Part shown: piece by piece, positions 41,380-57,026 of the stretch | Numbering within the stretch: position 1 is the first letter of the stretch | Layout of the letters: each line of letters starts with the position of its first letter | NCBI GenBank assembly: GCA_964016885.1 | Contig: OZ024744.1 | Coordinates: 86,056,001 to 86,120,000, forward strand | Source of the DNA: Eledone cirrhosa | Lineage: Eukaryota | Direction of reading: 5' to 3' | DNA: 64,000 nucleotides | Notes under the pieces: generated by a model | Databases searched by the model: none | The model's input: only the letters and a program-made list of their open reading frames with translations | Told to the model about the DNA's origin: nothing | Made by a program: the position numbers and the translations under genes

Positions 41380-42400
41380 TCAATTTACCAAGAAGCTTGT
41401 ACATTAGTACTTGAAATCAAAAAAGCAAGGGAATAAACCTGACCTAAATTGTGGCATGGACTATTAAGAAGTTTATATCTCACCTCGAGGTATACTTCGA
41501 TGCTATCCGGGAGCAAAATTCCCCACTAAGTACTTGCTGCCCACAACGTAGAAATCATCGGTTGACAAAAAATGTAAGCTATGCAAAATTAAAATGGAAT
41601 AAGAGGAACACATTGTGAACTGAGAGAAAATGTTCTCTAGATATTATTTTTATATGGCACAAGATGAGGAACCCAGAACAATATAGAATACATCGAGAAA
41701 GACAAAAACAACAACTAACAGAGATGAGTATGTCAAGAGCGATGGCTAAAAATGTTATTTGAAGAATCTGAACATTAAAATAACCAACAATTTAAAACAC
41801 AAGTGGCCTGGTAGTCTTGTTTGGGACCATAAAGTAAAGGTATAAATGTAAGGAACGAGATTTTAGAGAAGGAGAATGTCTATGAACCAATGATTAATAG
41901 TTTTCAATCCAGTGCTCAAAAACGAGCTTTTAATTTCATGTAAATTATTATTGGAACTACAAGCTATATAATAACAAAACTAGGCCAAAGTATGACTAAA
42001 AATGTTGATTCTTGGAGAAAGATCACAGTTACTTAACACATAAGCAACAGATGGTCATTGTAACGGAGACGATTTAAATCAATGTAAGTTGTGCAAATCC
42101 GAAGATATTAGTCACATTGTTGCCAACTGCAAAAGAATGTCTTCTCCTTATTACCTTCCCATGAGATATGATGTGGTAGTTATAACACTCTGGAATGCAC
42201 AAGAGAAGATGAAAATAAGAACAAATATGGCTGAATATAATGAAAGTAATGACTCAAAATAATATTGGTGAAACCTAAAAATAAAAGCTACTACTGGCTT
42301 GATATTCTTGTTTGGAAACAGAAATTGAAAATTGAAAACATGCTCTGTTGTAGACGTCAACTGCCCACCCCAGAGTTAATGTTGTAAGGAACCTGCAAGA
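41380..42400 (+). mobile_element. Two decayed R4/Dong-like C-terminal fragments
   Basis: CKLCKIKME*EEHIV near 41574 and CKLCKSEDISHIVANCKRMSSPYYLPMRYDVV at ~42083-42180, matching the 32265-32453 ORF. Confidence 0.6.
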
Positions 42401-42574
42401 GAAGGACTATATATATATATATATATATATTTTGTTTGTTCACCCTAACGTTCTCTTTATTTACGTGTCCCAACGACTTTTTTTAGCCGTTGTTCGCACC
42501 AACCTGAGGTATATGGCCCTTAAAGCGATGAAATGCCTGGGACGGTTGGAGGGTCACTGATGAAGGACTCACTT

Positions 42575-42659
<85 letters not shown>

Positions 42660-42743
42660 AAAGGTAAACAGAAATAACAACACAATCGGTACAGTATATG
42701 GAAGGTATATATTAGGTTAACGCTTGATATAGCAGGAAGAAAG

Positions 42744-42779
42744 TCTTAACGTTTCGGACGCTAGTCTTTCATCAGAAGA
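42744..42779 (-). ncRNA. Minimal hammerhead ribozyme motif
   Basis: Minus strand: tctt CTGATGA aagac tagc gtcc GAAA cgt TA aga. Typical minimal PLE HHR layout. Confidence 0.72.
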
Positions 42780-43607
42780 AAGAATGAGAAATAAAATAGA
42801 TTAAGAGGACGGGCGGGATAGAATTGGAAAAAATGTATTTAGATAAAAATTATAGGTCTAAACAAAAGGCTGTGTGGTTAGTTGATAAAGTGTATTTAGA
42901 AATAAAGGGAAGCACAAACGGGGGTGACAATCCTTTGTTCAGTTATCTGCTGGAAATCACGGATATTTCAATGCATTAAAGACAATATGTCTAACTCCAG
43001 TGCGTCAATAACTTGGGAAAGTTATTTGGGGAGAAGAAAGGAAAGAGAAAATAAAAATTAAACAGAAGGGAAAAAAAGAAAAATACACAGGGAACATACA
43101 GAAAAAAGTGGGGAACACGAGGTGAAGCACATGTATGTAAGTAACCGAGAGAGAGAGAGAAAGAGAGAGAGAGAAAGTGAGGGAAAAAGAGAGAGAGAGG
43201 GAGAGAGAGGGAGAGAGAGAGGGGAAGAGAGAAGTCAAACTACCTACTGAACATAAGACCGAGGCCTTCTTGACAACGAGATAGGGAGAGCGAAGAAAAA
43301 CAAGTCTAACCTCGGCGGGATTAAGCGAAAAGAGGTAGAGACGAGAGAAAACGGAAGTAGTAGGGGAGCAGAGAAAAAGGGAGTATAAGTGAGAAGGAGA
43401 GACCGAGAGAGAGGGAGAGATAGAGAGAGAAAGGGAGAAAAAGAAAGAAAGTAAATGGAGAGAAAGAAAGAACAGGTCACAGCAAAAAATTAATAAACAT
43501 TTAGAAGAAACAAATTAATGGTTAGCAGTTTATTCATATTAGTAATGATGCAGATACATTATTTCTCTCTAATGGCGGTGGATTGGCAGATACATTATTT
43601 CCCCTAT

Positions 43608-44050
43608 GGCGGTGGATTGGCAGTATCGGTAGAGGGTCGGACGCCATGCTTTCCAGCATAGTTACGTCCCTTTACGATCTGAGTTCAAATCCCGCCGAGG
43701 TTGACTTTGCCTTTCATCCTTACGGGGTCGATAAAATAAAGTACCAGTAATGCACTAGGTAATTGCTGGCCTTGTGCCTAAAGTAGAAACAATTATTTCT
43801 CTCTAAAATTAACCTCGACGGGATTTGAATTCAGACCGTAAAGGGACGTAACTATGCTGGAAAGCATGGTGTCCGAGTGTCGGTAGAGAGTCGGACACCA
43901 TGCTTTCCAGCATAGTTACGTCCCTTTATGGTCTGAGTTCAAATCCCGTCGAGGTTAACTTTGCCTTCCTTCCTTACAGGGTCGATAAAATAAAGTACCA
44001 GTAATGTACTGGGTAATTTCTGGCCTTGTGCCAAAAGTAGAAACAATTAT
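43608..44050 (+). mobile_element. SINE family 1: copy, inverted fragment, copy
   Basis: 43608-43797 (+), 43809-43876 (-), 43878-44050 (+). Confidence 0.82.
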
Positions 44051-45142
44051 TCCTATCTAAAGTTTGCGATATATGCCCTCGTTTCTTATGAAAATGTAAT
44101 GTATTTTATGACAAGTCTTTTTCCTGGTATTTTCAATAGACAGTTTATGTTCAATATTTAATCTGATCCATATTTCTACCGACGAAGTAGTTTTCAAAAG
44201 AAATACCGCCGTGACCCCAAAACAGAAACCTTGGTATTCATATAAAGAAGAAATCGAATCACAACTGTGTTCTTTATGCTGGCTTATTAAAATAAAACTA
44301 TTAGGATATAAATTAAGAAATTATCTTGAATTAGCAGTCATAAAAAGCAAACAAGCAAGCAAATAAAAAAAAATATTATTTCCGGTACATGCTTTAAACG
44401 AAAATTCGGACTAAGTCCGAGCATTGATCAATGTCTTTTCGAACTGTTTATTAAGGTCATCAGACGGTTACATTAAAAGGAAATTAGAAATCTTAGTCAT
44501 TTCTAAAGAGAGGTACATAGATTAGGAGATCTTGATTAAAATACAAGGATTCCTCGTTGTAAAATGAAAACGAGAGCAAATGGCAAACACAGCAATCATG
44601 CTGAGGAATTCATATATAACAGAATGCCTTCTAATGCATCATCCATTTCCTTATTAATATTATCATTATTATTATTTCCAACAGAAGAAACGGCAGTGCG
44701 TCAGTCTAATGGATTTATTTATTACTTTCATTTTACGCTTACTACTTTCTAAGTTCTAATTCCTACGGGATAAATATTTTCTCTGTTCAACGGGGTGTAT
44801 GAATGAAAGGAGCCTCAGTCAGTTTCTACAATGAGTGTTTAAGTTGTTTTATTAACGGAAAAACCTGCTCGTGAAGTAGCGGACATGCAGTTTAATATTC
44901 AATATATACATGTATTCTTAAGGTAATTTTCATTGTAATTCAGCGTGGCACAGTGTGGGACAGAACTGGCCTTTTAATTTATAGGGGCAGCTCTAATAGA
45001 TGAGCTTCTAAAGTTTCCGTCTTCCAAACTTCAATTACAATGCTTGGACCGCTTGAAGCTATGGTAAATCAAACTTAGGCAAGGTGTCACACAGTAGGAT
45101 CGAACTAAGAACCTAATGATTTCAAAACACGTTTCTTAAATA

Positions 45143-45360
45143 TTGTTTCTACTTTAGACACAAGGCCAGCAATTTTAAGGGGAGGAGTAATCGATTAAAT
45201 CGACCCCAGTACGTTTCTGGTGCCTTATTTTATTGATCCAGTAAGGATGAAAGGCAAAGTTAACCTCGGCGGTATTTGAACTGAGAACGAAAAGGGCCGT
45301 AACTCTATGCCGCAAAGCAGGGTGTCCGACGCATTACCGATACTGCCAATCCACCGTCCT
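45143..45360 (-). mobile_element. SINE family 1, longer-tail variant
   Basis: Reverse complement of the consensus. Confidence 0.8.
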
Positions 45361-45516
45361 ATACACTACTTAAAGATTGGCTCTTGATATGTCGATATTT
45401 ACTGGGATGTATAAAACAAAAAACGGTGATATATTAGGTTCGATTTTCTTAGCTCTAGCTCTATGCTTGTGATAATGTAAGAAAGCCTCGTACGTAATCA
45501 TTATTATTGTTTTCCT

Positions 45517-45918
45517 GGGCGGTGAATTGGCAGTATCGGTAGAGGGTCGGACGCCATGCTTTAACGCATAGAGTTACGGCCCTTGCCATTCTGAGTTCAA
45601 ATCCCGCCGAGGTTAACTTTGCCTTTCATCCTAACGGGGGTCGATAAAATAAAGTACCAGTAATACACTGGGATAATTGCTGGCCTTGTGGCTATTGTAG
45701 AAACAATTATTATTGTTTCCCTGGGCGGTAGATTGGCAGTATTGGTAGAGGGTCGGACGCCATGTTTTGACGCATAGAGTTACGGCCCTTGCCATTCTGA
45801 ATTCGAATCCCGCCGAGGTTAACGTTGCCTTTCATCCTTACGGGGTCGAATAAATAAAGTACCAGTAATGCACTGGGGGTAATTGCTGGCCTTGTGCCAA
45901 AAGTAGAAACAATTATTA
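45517..45918 (+). mobile_element. SINE family 1 dimer with TSD-like repeat three times
   Basis: attattattgttt(t/c)cctg occurs before, between and after the copies. Confidence 0.85.
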
Positions 45919-46134
45919 TTGTTTCCCTGCCATATTTTTATTTGCGTGTTTCCTCTGCATTGCTGATAACTGCCCCTTTATTTGGGTATTGCCTTAGTTT
46001 TGTATTTCCTCTTATATTAAAAAAACATTGTGTAATATATGTACGTTAACTATCTGCATCATTTTCAGCGTGTTATATATATTTGACTATCCAAAGGACG
46101 TTGTTTTTGATTTATCCAACTGTTCCCTACAATT

Positions 46135-47710
46135 CCTATTATAATATATATAACAATTCTATAATAATTATTATATATTGCTTCTATTTTATAACAATTC
46201 TATAATAATTCTAATATATATTGCTTCTATTTTATAACAATTCTATAATAATTCTAATATATATTGCTTCTATTTTATAATAATTCTATAATAATTATTA
46301 TATATTGCTTCTATTTTATAATAATTCTATAATACTTATTATATATTGCTTCTTTTTTATCATAATTCTGTAATAATTGTAATATATATTGCTTCTATTT
46401 TATAATAACTCTATAATAATTCTAATATATATTGCTTCTATTTTATAATAATTCTATAATAATTATTATATATTGCTTCTATTTTATAATAATTCTATAA
46501 TAATTATTATATATTGCTTCTTTTTTATCATAATTCTGTAATAATTCTAATATATATTGCTTCTATTTTATAACAATTCTATAATAATTCTAATATATAT
46601 TGCTTCTATTTTACAACAATTCTATAATAATTCTAATATATATTGCTTCTATTTTATAACAATTCTATAATAATTCTAATATATATTGCTTCTATTTTAC
46701 AACAATTCTATAATAATTCTAATATATATTGCTTCTATTTTATAACAATTCTATAATAATTCTAATATATATTGCTTCTATTTTACAACAATTCTATAAT
46801 AATTCTAATATATATTGCTTCTATTTTATAACAATTCTATAATAATTCTAATATATATTGCTTCTATTTTATAACAATTCTATAATAATTCTAATATATA
46901 TTGCTTCTATTTTATAACAATTCTATAATAATTCTAATATATATTGCTTCTATTTTATAACAATTCTATAATAATTCTAATATATATTGCTTCTATTTTA
47001 TAATTGTTTCTACTTTTGGCACAAGGCCAGCAATTAACCAGTACATTACTGGTACTTTATTTTATCGACCCCGGAAGGATGAAAGGCAAAGTTAACCTCG
47101 GCGGGATTTGAATTCAGAATGGCAAGAGCCGTAACTCTATGCATCAAAGCATGGCGTCCGACCCTCTACAGATACTGCCAATCCACCGCTTCTATTTTAT
47201 AATAATTCTATAATAATTCTAATATATATTGCTTCTATTTTATAATAATTCTGTAATAATTCTAATATATATTGCTTCTATTTTATAGTAATTCTATAAT
47301 AATTATTATATATTGCTTCTATTTTATAATAATTCTATAATAATTCTAATATATATTGCTTCTATTTTATAATAACTCTATAATAATTCTAATATATATT
47401 GCTTCTATTTTATAATAATTCTATAATAATTCTAATATATATTGCTTCTATTTTATAATAACTCTATAATAATTCCAATATATATTGCTTCTATTTTATA
47501 ATAATTCTATAATAATTATTATATATTGCTTCTATTTTATAATAATTCTATAATAATTATTATATATTGCTTCTTTTTTATCATAATTCTGTAATAATTC
47601 TAATATATATTGCTTCTATTTTATAATAATTCTATAATAATTCTAATATATATTGCTTCTATTTTATAGTAATTCTATAATAATTCTAATATATATTGCA
47701 TCTATTTTGA
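46135..47710. repeat. AT-rich minisatellite, 43-bp unit (41-bp variant)
   Basis: Unit ttctattttataacaattctataataattctaatatatattgc. Confidence 0.95.
47002..47190 (-). mobile_element. SINE family 1 inserted in the 43-bp minisatellite
   Basis: Flanked by gcttctattttataat on both sides. Confidence 0.87.
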
Positions 47711-47844
47711 GACCCCCCCCCCTCCCACACACACACATACATTCTGGTTATCTCGAGTTCCAGATTTTTATATTTGAAAGATACCTCTCAGTTTGTTTCT
47801 GAGATACAACATAACCACATGTTGACCCCGAAACTTCAATTAGG

Positions 47845-48265
47845 GCTCTAATCAATTTACATCAATAGAAAGCTTAGATAGAATCGGCCATCGATTCTAT
47901 CTATCTATCATCGGAGTAATTGGCAACTTAATGCAGGAATACGAAACGTTGACAGTAGCAAAAGTAAACCTGAAGAAGTCTGTCGGTTTGTAACTCGGCA
48001 CAAGGAGAGGCAAACCCATACTGTCCAACAGCGTTGTTAGGCGCTGGACGGAAGGAAGGGGAAATTGCTCGGTGTCTGGTTTGGTCTAGACCTCCAGTTG
48101 GACAAAAACTGGAACGAGGTCACGGCGAAGGTATTTCCACTCACCCAGAGGTGGGCTGAGTGCAAACTCGTCTTAAAAGGTCAAGCAGGGGTGGCGAACT
48201 CTTATATAGCGTCCGCCATCTACTACCGCTTGACAGTAGTGCCTTGTCTACCAAGTTTGGGTAAA
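47845..48265 (+). mobile_element. L1/Tx1-like LINE RT fragment
   Basis: INLHQ*KA.DRIGHRF, EYETLTVAKVNLKKS and LGVWFG...NWNEVTAKV...IASAIYYRLTVVPC. Confidence 0.65.
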
Positions 48266-48662
48266 TAGTACCAAATTTTGTTAGTATTTACGGCTCCTAA
48301 GTGTGTTAGTAGAGCTTTTTATGTTGAAAGAACACGGCTGTTATTTCTAGCTGTCGATAACCCTATTCACGCCACTGGGGGAGGGGGGGGGGGGGGTTAA
48401 ATCACATGTGCTTTTTCACCGTTTTCCCCTCATTTGCTTTGAGTGTGTAATCATAGATAGTTAAATCTTCTCCTTTGCTGATGATCCCAGATTTAACACC
48501 TATGATCTACCGATTAATGGTGAAATATATTTCTTTAATGAAATATATACAAAGGAGATTAATCATTATTGCAAGGTATCTATATCTATATTCAAGATTC
48601 TTGTTTAATTTTTTAATATGTTACCTCCGTAACAATGTGTGTTTACACTCTTTACAAATTAT

Positions 48663-50058
48663 CCCCAGATGGACAAGAACTGAAACGAGATCACGGCGAA
48701 GGTGTTTGCACTCACCCAGAAGTGGGCCGAGTGCAAACTCTCCTTGAAAGATCGAGCGGAGGTGGTGAACACCTACATAGCGTCCGTCATCTACTACCGC
48801 TTGACAGTCGTGCCTTGTCCCCTGCGAACAGCTCACCAAAATAGAACGCCTACACTTCAAGTTCCTCTGGCAGAAACAGGCTCCATTTGTGAGGAGATCC
48901 ATCTGCTGCCAATACCCTTCTAACGGAGGGCTGGGCATGCCGTGGCTGATGATGCGCAAACACGCGCTGAGGCTACGCCATTTCCAGGTATTCCTGACCG
49001 GCGAACCGGTATGGCCGTCATTTCTGAGATGAGCTCCTCCACAACTCGTCTTGCTAAAAGAGCTGCAGTCCTGGGTCTAGCGAAGACGGAAAATGTGCGC
49101 TTGGCACCTCGAGTGCCTTCAGGCGCTCACAGTCCCCTACCAAGCGGAAGCGGCAATTAGCGGAGACTCCACTTCGATATTCTATAGGGGATTATGGAGG
49201 ATAAGTGCGACGACGTTCTCAGGGAAACTCTAGGCATAGAGGAGGATGAACTGACCAGTCTGTTCGGGAGGACTTTCCGTCTAGGGCCTATGGATAACTT
49301 CCAAAGGTCTGGTAGTTCTACCGAGGAGCTCTAGCAGTTCCAGACAAAATCTATAGGCACGGACGCCCTGGCAGAGATCCTGCCAAAAAAACCTATCCAA
49401 GATGCAAGCAGGACATCGAAACAGTTCTGCATGCAATTCAGTATCCTGAGGGGACCGACCTGAGGAATTATGTCGAACAACTACTGTCACGTGTAGGACG
49501 CATCCAGTTGTCAGATGAGTCCATCGTGAGGATCACCCCGCCGCCTTCATTTAATAATGAAGGAGAGGCGGTTTTCCTCTCTCTGGTGGCTATGGCGAAA
49601 GAGGTAATATGGTGGACGAGGTTAAAAGGACTGAGGGCAAACACCTTTGTCTTCGGACAACAACTCATCCCCTTCTTTAAGTACCAAATCGGAAGGAAGG
49701 TGAGAGTTGAGAGAGAGGTACTACACCCCAGTAAATTTGCTGAAAGGTGGGTGAATGTGGCGAAAATGGCCCGAGTGAATGGGCCTTCTCTGTATATAAA
49801 CCTGTAGGTTGAGGAAGACAAAAGAGAGAAGATGAGAACACCTACAAAACGTGTTCCTGGTGTTGAGGGTTGTTCTATCCACGGGGTGTAAAACAACCCC
49901 GCAGTAAGGTTCCCCCCTATTGGGGATATCGATTGTTTTATTTTATATATATTATATTGTTTTCCATTATTATTCTTAACTATTTTATGCAAAAACCCCG
50001 CCGTAACGTCTTGTAATCTGCCATGTTTGTACGCCTCTGTGGTAAATAAAGAAATATA
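48663..50058 (+). mobile_element. L1/Tx1-like LINE 3' portion with 3' UTR
   Basis: KWAECKLSLKDRAEVVNTYIASVIYY..., FKFLW...ICCQYPSNGGLGMP, AMAKEVIWWTR (ORF 49508-49807). Ends aataaagaaa. Overlaps the 48065-48250 region of the previous fragment. Confidence 0.75.
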
Positions 50059-50091
50059 TCTATTCATCTCCCTCGCTCTTTCTTCCCCCCC

Positions 50092-50150
<59 letters not shown>

Positions 50151-51158
50151 TGGAGAGAGAAAGAGTGGTTTATAAGACTATAGTAGATAGATAGTTAGAT
50201 AGATAGATACACTATAGAATGACTGATCGTTTCTGTACAAAAGAAAGAAAAAGGGAAAATGAAGAACGAAAGAACGATCGAAAGTAAAATAAAGAAAAAA
50301 ATAAAGAAAGAACCAATGAACGAATGAATGAATGAATGAATGAATGAATGAAAAAGGGGCAGAAAGAAATGAAAAAGAGGATGAAGGAAACGTAATAGAG
50401 AAATGCTTTCGAAAAAGGCGGACAATAATATAGGAACTGTTAGGTCGTGTTAATGCCAAACTCTCTAAGAATGTTATCCGAAACACCCCCCATCCCTGCT
50501 CCACAGTAGACGAAGAATTTTGAGTGATCTAAAGAAAAGAAAAGAAAAGCAAATAATAAAGCAGTCGGGCTTCAATATTGAAGCAATGCAAGACTGTATT
50601 AGTTGTAAATTGAAAGCTGAAAGTGTTGGCTTAGAAATTCGAGGAGCCGCTGACAATTGAGCAATCAGTGAGTGAAACGAATTTGAGAAGATGGCGCATT
50701 CTATGTTAGCGGGAGATAAAAATTCACAAGACTAAAAATTTATTTGTATGGAGAGGTTTATTAAGAGGAGTGCGATTGTTGTGTGTTTGTTGTTATTCCA
50801 AGCTTTCAACATTAACTTGGCACTTTAAATACTGGTTTGGGTTTTTAGTTTTGACGAATGTACAAGAAGCAACTAAATTACTTGTTTGTTGCTAAATATC
50901 ATGTTATTTTATTTTATTTTATTTTATTTTATTTTATTTTATTTTATTTAACGCAGTGTTATTTTTCGTTTAATTCATTTATTTATTTATTTATTTGTTT
51001 ATCTATTTATCTATTTATCTATTTATATTCATTCAATATACAAACATTTTCTGTCTTTGTATGCATTTATATACACAAACAGGTATATATATATATGTAT
51101 GTATATTATAAACACACACACACACACATATATATATAATATACAATAATAGCTCCGC

Positions 51159-51201
<43 letters not shown>

Positions 51202-51384
51202 CGTGCGTGTGCGTGTGTTTCTTTATGTATTTATATGTGTATCTATGTTTGTATACATGTAGTTATGTATGTGTGTGTATGTATGTATGGATCCATATAT
51301 GTATGTTTGTATGTATGTATGCATGCATGTATGTATATATATTAAAACCATGTTTCTTTAGAAATACGAAATTTCTACACACAC

Positions 51385-52879
<1,495 letters not shown>

Positions 52880-52882
52880 AGT

Positions 52883-52963
<81 letters not shown>

Positions 52964-53104
52964 TACAGTCCAACACAAGAACAAGTATGGGGGTTCATTC
53001 TACTGACATGGCTTAAAAGAGGCTGTTTGCATAATTGCAAACGTATCGAATGTTATCATTCATATTAAAAAAACTCAGATTACTTTTATATATATATATA
53101 TACG

Positions 53105-53209
<105 letters not shown>

Positions 53210-54037
53210 GTATGTATATATGTATATATATATATATATATAGCTTATGTTGAAATACTTTCTTAATACTCAAAATCCCATATCAACCACCAAAACTTCC
53301 AATCGCACACCATTTTCCGTTCAGTTGCTTATCGCCCACCCAACAGTTCAAATCGTCCACCGGAGTACGATATCACCCAGGTTGGGTTGTGAAACCCTGA
53401 TGTAAGTTATACAGGAGAGGAAATCTTGATTTAGTTTCTATCTCTTGTTGGTTCATAAATCTTAATGATTGCATAGTGCAACCTTTGTTTCAAGCATTTC
53501 GTGGTAGTGAATTCCATCCTTAAACAAAGAAAGTTGTAGACGCCATTCTGTCATTGAAAGCTTTAATTGCAGCAAATCTTCGTGCAAAAGTTGGTTCATA
53601 AACTCTTAAAAGTGATGTTTAAAATAGTAGAAATAAACCTTTACTAAGTAAGTCAATAAAGAAAAGAGTTTTAGCTATGCACAATTATTCATTCTCTCTG
53701 ACATTCTCTAGAACTATCCAATAAGGTGTAATTTGATGGTCATTTGAATGTTATTTTCCAGTATGTAAAACGTGTAAAAGCTCTATAATTTTCTCGAGGA
53801 TGTATGATGGTCATGATAAAGTTGAATGTGTTTGTTGTGATGCTGATCGAGGAGACTGTGTTGTTTTAAGTTATATATTTTATATTTGGTATTGTTGTTG
53901 AAGTTTGTGTTGTTGCTAATGGAGTGCATGTGGAGCGATGTTGAATATATAGATACACCGGACTAATGAAACATATGTTAATACTTCGAATAAACCCTAT
54001 TGTACAGCCGAACCGTGTTATTCTTCACTCATTAACT

Positions 54038-54083
54038 ATATATACACACACACACACAAACACACACATATATATATATATAA

Positions 54084-54114
<31 letters not shown>

Positions 54115-54241
54115 AACACACACACACACACACATATATATATGTATATATATATAAACACACACACACACACACATATATATAAACACACACACACACA
54201 CACGCACACACACACACACACGCATATATATATATATATAA

Positions 54242-54272
<31 letters not shown>

Positions 54273-54403
54273 AACACACACACACACACACACATATATA
54301 TATGTATATATATATAAACACACACACACACACACACATATATATAAACACACACACACACACACGCACACACACACACACACGCATATATATATATATA
54401 TAA

Positions 54404-54434
<31 letters not shown>

Positions 54435-54521
54435 AACACACACACACACACACACATATATATATGTATATATATATAAACACACACACACACACACACA
54501 TATATATAAACACACACACAC

Positions 54522-54594
<73 letters not shown>

Positions 54595-54606
54595 TATATA
54601 TATATA
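54038..54606. repeat. Higher-order (CA)n(TA)n compound repeat
   Basis: Directly visible. Confidence 0.92.
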
Positions 54607-54686
54607 TTAAAAAATAGAATAGCTTTCACCGTATTTTTTTACTGAAGAAATTTTAGTCTGATAATGGTGTTTAGAACCCTCAGATA

Positions 54687-54719
<33 letters not shown>

Positions 54720-54811
54720 CGAGATGTCCCCAAAAATGTATACACATTTGAGAGTTATCTGCTGTTGAAGTGTGGGGACACCCTCTCTATATATATAATT
54801 ATTATTATTAC

Positions 54812-55196
54812 TGGGTGACTTGGCAGTATCGGTAGACGGTCGGACGCCATGCTTTGACGCATTGAGTTACGGCCGTTGCCATTCTGATTTCAAATCCCGC
54901 CGAGGTTAACTTTGCCTTTCATCCTTACGGGGTCGATAAAATAAAGTACCAGTAATGTACTGGGTAATTGCTGGCCTTGTGCCAATAGAAGAAACAATTA
55001 TTACTGGGGAATTGGCAGTATCGGTAGAGAGTTGGATGGACGCCATGCTTTCTAGCATAGTTACGTCCCTTTACGGTCTGAGTTCAAATCCCGTCGAGGT
55101 TAACTTTGCCTTTCCTGCTTACGGGGTCGATAAAATAAAGTACCAGTAATGTACTGGGTAATTTCTGGCTTTGTGCCAAAAGAAGAAACAATTATT
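54812..55196 (+). mobile_element. SINE family 1 dimer
   Basis: attattactgg precedes each copy. Confidence 0.83.
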
Positions 55197-55785
55197 AGTT
55201 TCAAAGTAAAGAGAGTCATGAATAATACAATATATATATATATATATTTATATATATTTATTTATATATATATATACATATATATGTGTATGTATGTACG
55301 TATGTATGTAATAACTCTAATTTGACTTTACATATTAGGTGAACAGTCAATAGTATTGTTGGCCTGTTGCCAAATAACATCAACACATTGTATGTGTCCT
55401 CGGAATTCTTTAGGCCAATTTATTTATTTTTCATAATTTACTTTGTTTCTCCGTTTATTCATATACCACAATTTGGTATCTAATCCATTCATTGCATTAG
55501 AGAGGTGAATATATATTATTTGGTAAGAACAGAATGTGGCTAGTTAGCTACAATCAACGCTCTGCTGCAAAGTTTTGCAATCTTTACAACTTAGCTCTCA
55601 GTACAGGATTCCGGTCCGCTCGCTCCCTCTGCATTAGTTACCATAGCCTTGGATCAACCCATGATGTGAGTCTATCTAGGTAGAAAAAAGCTGTTTAAAA
55701 GTCTGTTGGATTGAATTTACCTGTAATTCAAAGGCCGGGGTTTTTCACAGTTTATATCATGCTGAATTACCTTGAGAATTACTTT

Positions 55786-55975
55786 AATTGTTTCTACTTT
55801 TGGCACAAGGCCATCAATTGCCGCAGTACATTACTGATACTTTATTTTATCAACTCCGTAAGGATGAAAGGCAAAGTCAACCTCGACAGGATTTAAACTC
55901 AGAACGCAAATGACCATAACTCTATGCTGCAAAGCATGGCGTCCGACCCTCTACCCATACTGCCAATCTACCGCA
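55786..55975 (-). mobile_element. SINE family 1
   Basis: Reverse complement of the consensus. Confidence 0.82.
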
Positions 55976-56950
55976 CGCATGCCGCATGTCTTTGGAATGT
56001 TCGGTCATTTACACTTTAATTTCAGGGAGCAGGCTGATTGGAGAATTAAAAGACTCTTCGTTGAAACCGACGGACATCTTTTTCTGATAATATGATAATT
56101 AATGATAAATGAAATAATATATTCTCTCATCCTGCAAGATATAATAAAATAAACACAATAAATAATTTGTAGACGAACAATATCATGAAAATATATGAAT
56201 AAATAAATACATAAATAAATATATAAAGTTTTTGATGCATAACTATACATAGCTATAAGATATATAATATTTCTAGATCGTTTGAGCTACAGAGTACATT
56301 TCTAGCATTGATTTTTTATTAGACTACTGGTTGACTTGGTCACGAATAGAGTTCTGTCAAGATATACACAGTAAAATATGAAAGACAAAGATTATACAAA
56401 GAAATATATGTTAAATGAAGGACTTTGATTTATCTACTGCTTTAATGAGCACTACTTTGTAGCTTATATGACAGGGTCAACCACAAGAAGGATAAAAAGA
56501 CAACAAAACAAAACAAAAAACAACAACAACAGAAACAACAGTAACAACAGCAACAAAGAAAAAGACCCCCCCCCCCGCAACAACCTTATAGATATGAACA
56601 TATGTTTTCAAATTTAGATCAATAGAAAATGTGATTTGCTACGTTGAGAAGACTGACACCTGTCATATTGTTGGTATGTCTTCTTTATATTCTAGACAGT
56701 ATAAATACCTAAACATCTTTGTTTTTAACTTATCATATTGAAGTATTTGGAATATATTCTAACTGAAAAAAAAAAAAAAATCAGACAAAAACAAAACGAA
56801 CGAAATAGCCTAAGTAATTAGCAGACGTTAATGCCTAAAACGTGTCACAAGTGCATTAAAAGACGCAGTCTTCGGTGAGGTGAACTGATGGGAGCAGAAG
56901 TAGTTGCAGCAGCAACAGCAGCAGTAGTAGCAGTAGTTGTAGCAGAACAA

Positions 56951-57026
<76 letters not shown>

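Noticed and set aside
49468-50067. 199-aa minus-strand ORF
   Set aside because: Antisense shadow of the L1/Tx1-like element.
53400-53900. CR1/L2 3' relic (WNSLP on the minus strand)
   Set aside because: A single short motif in otherwise unreadable sequence.
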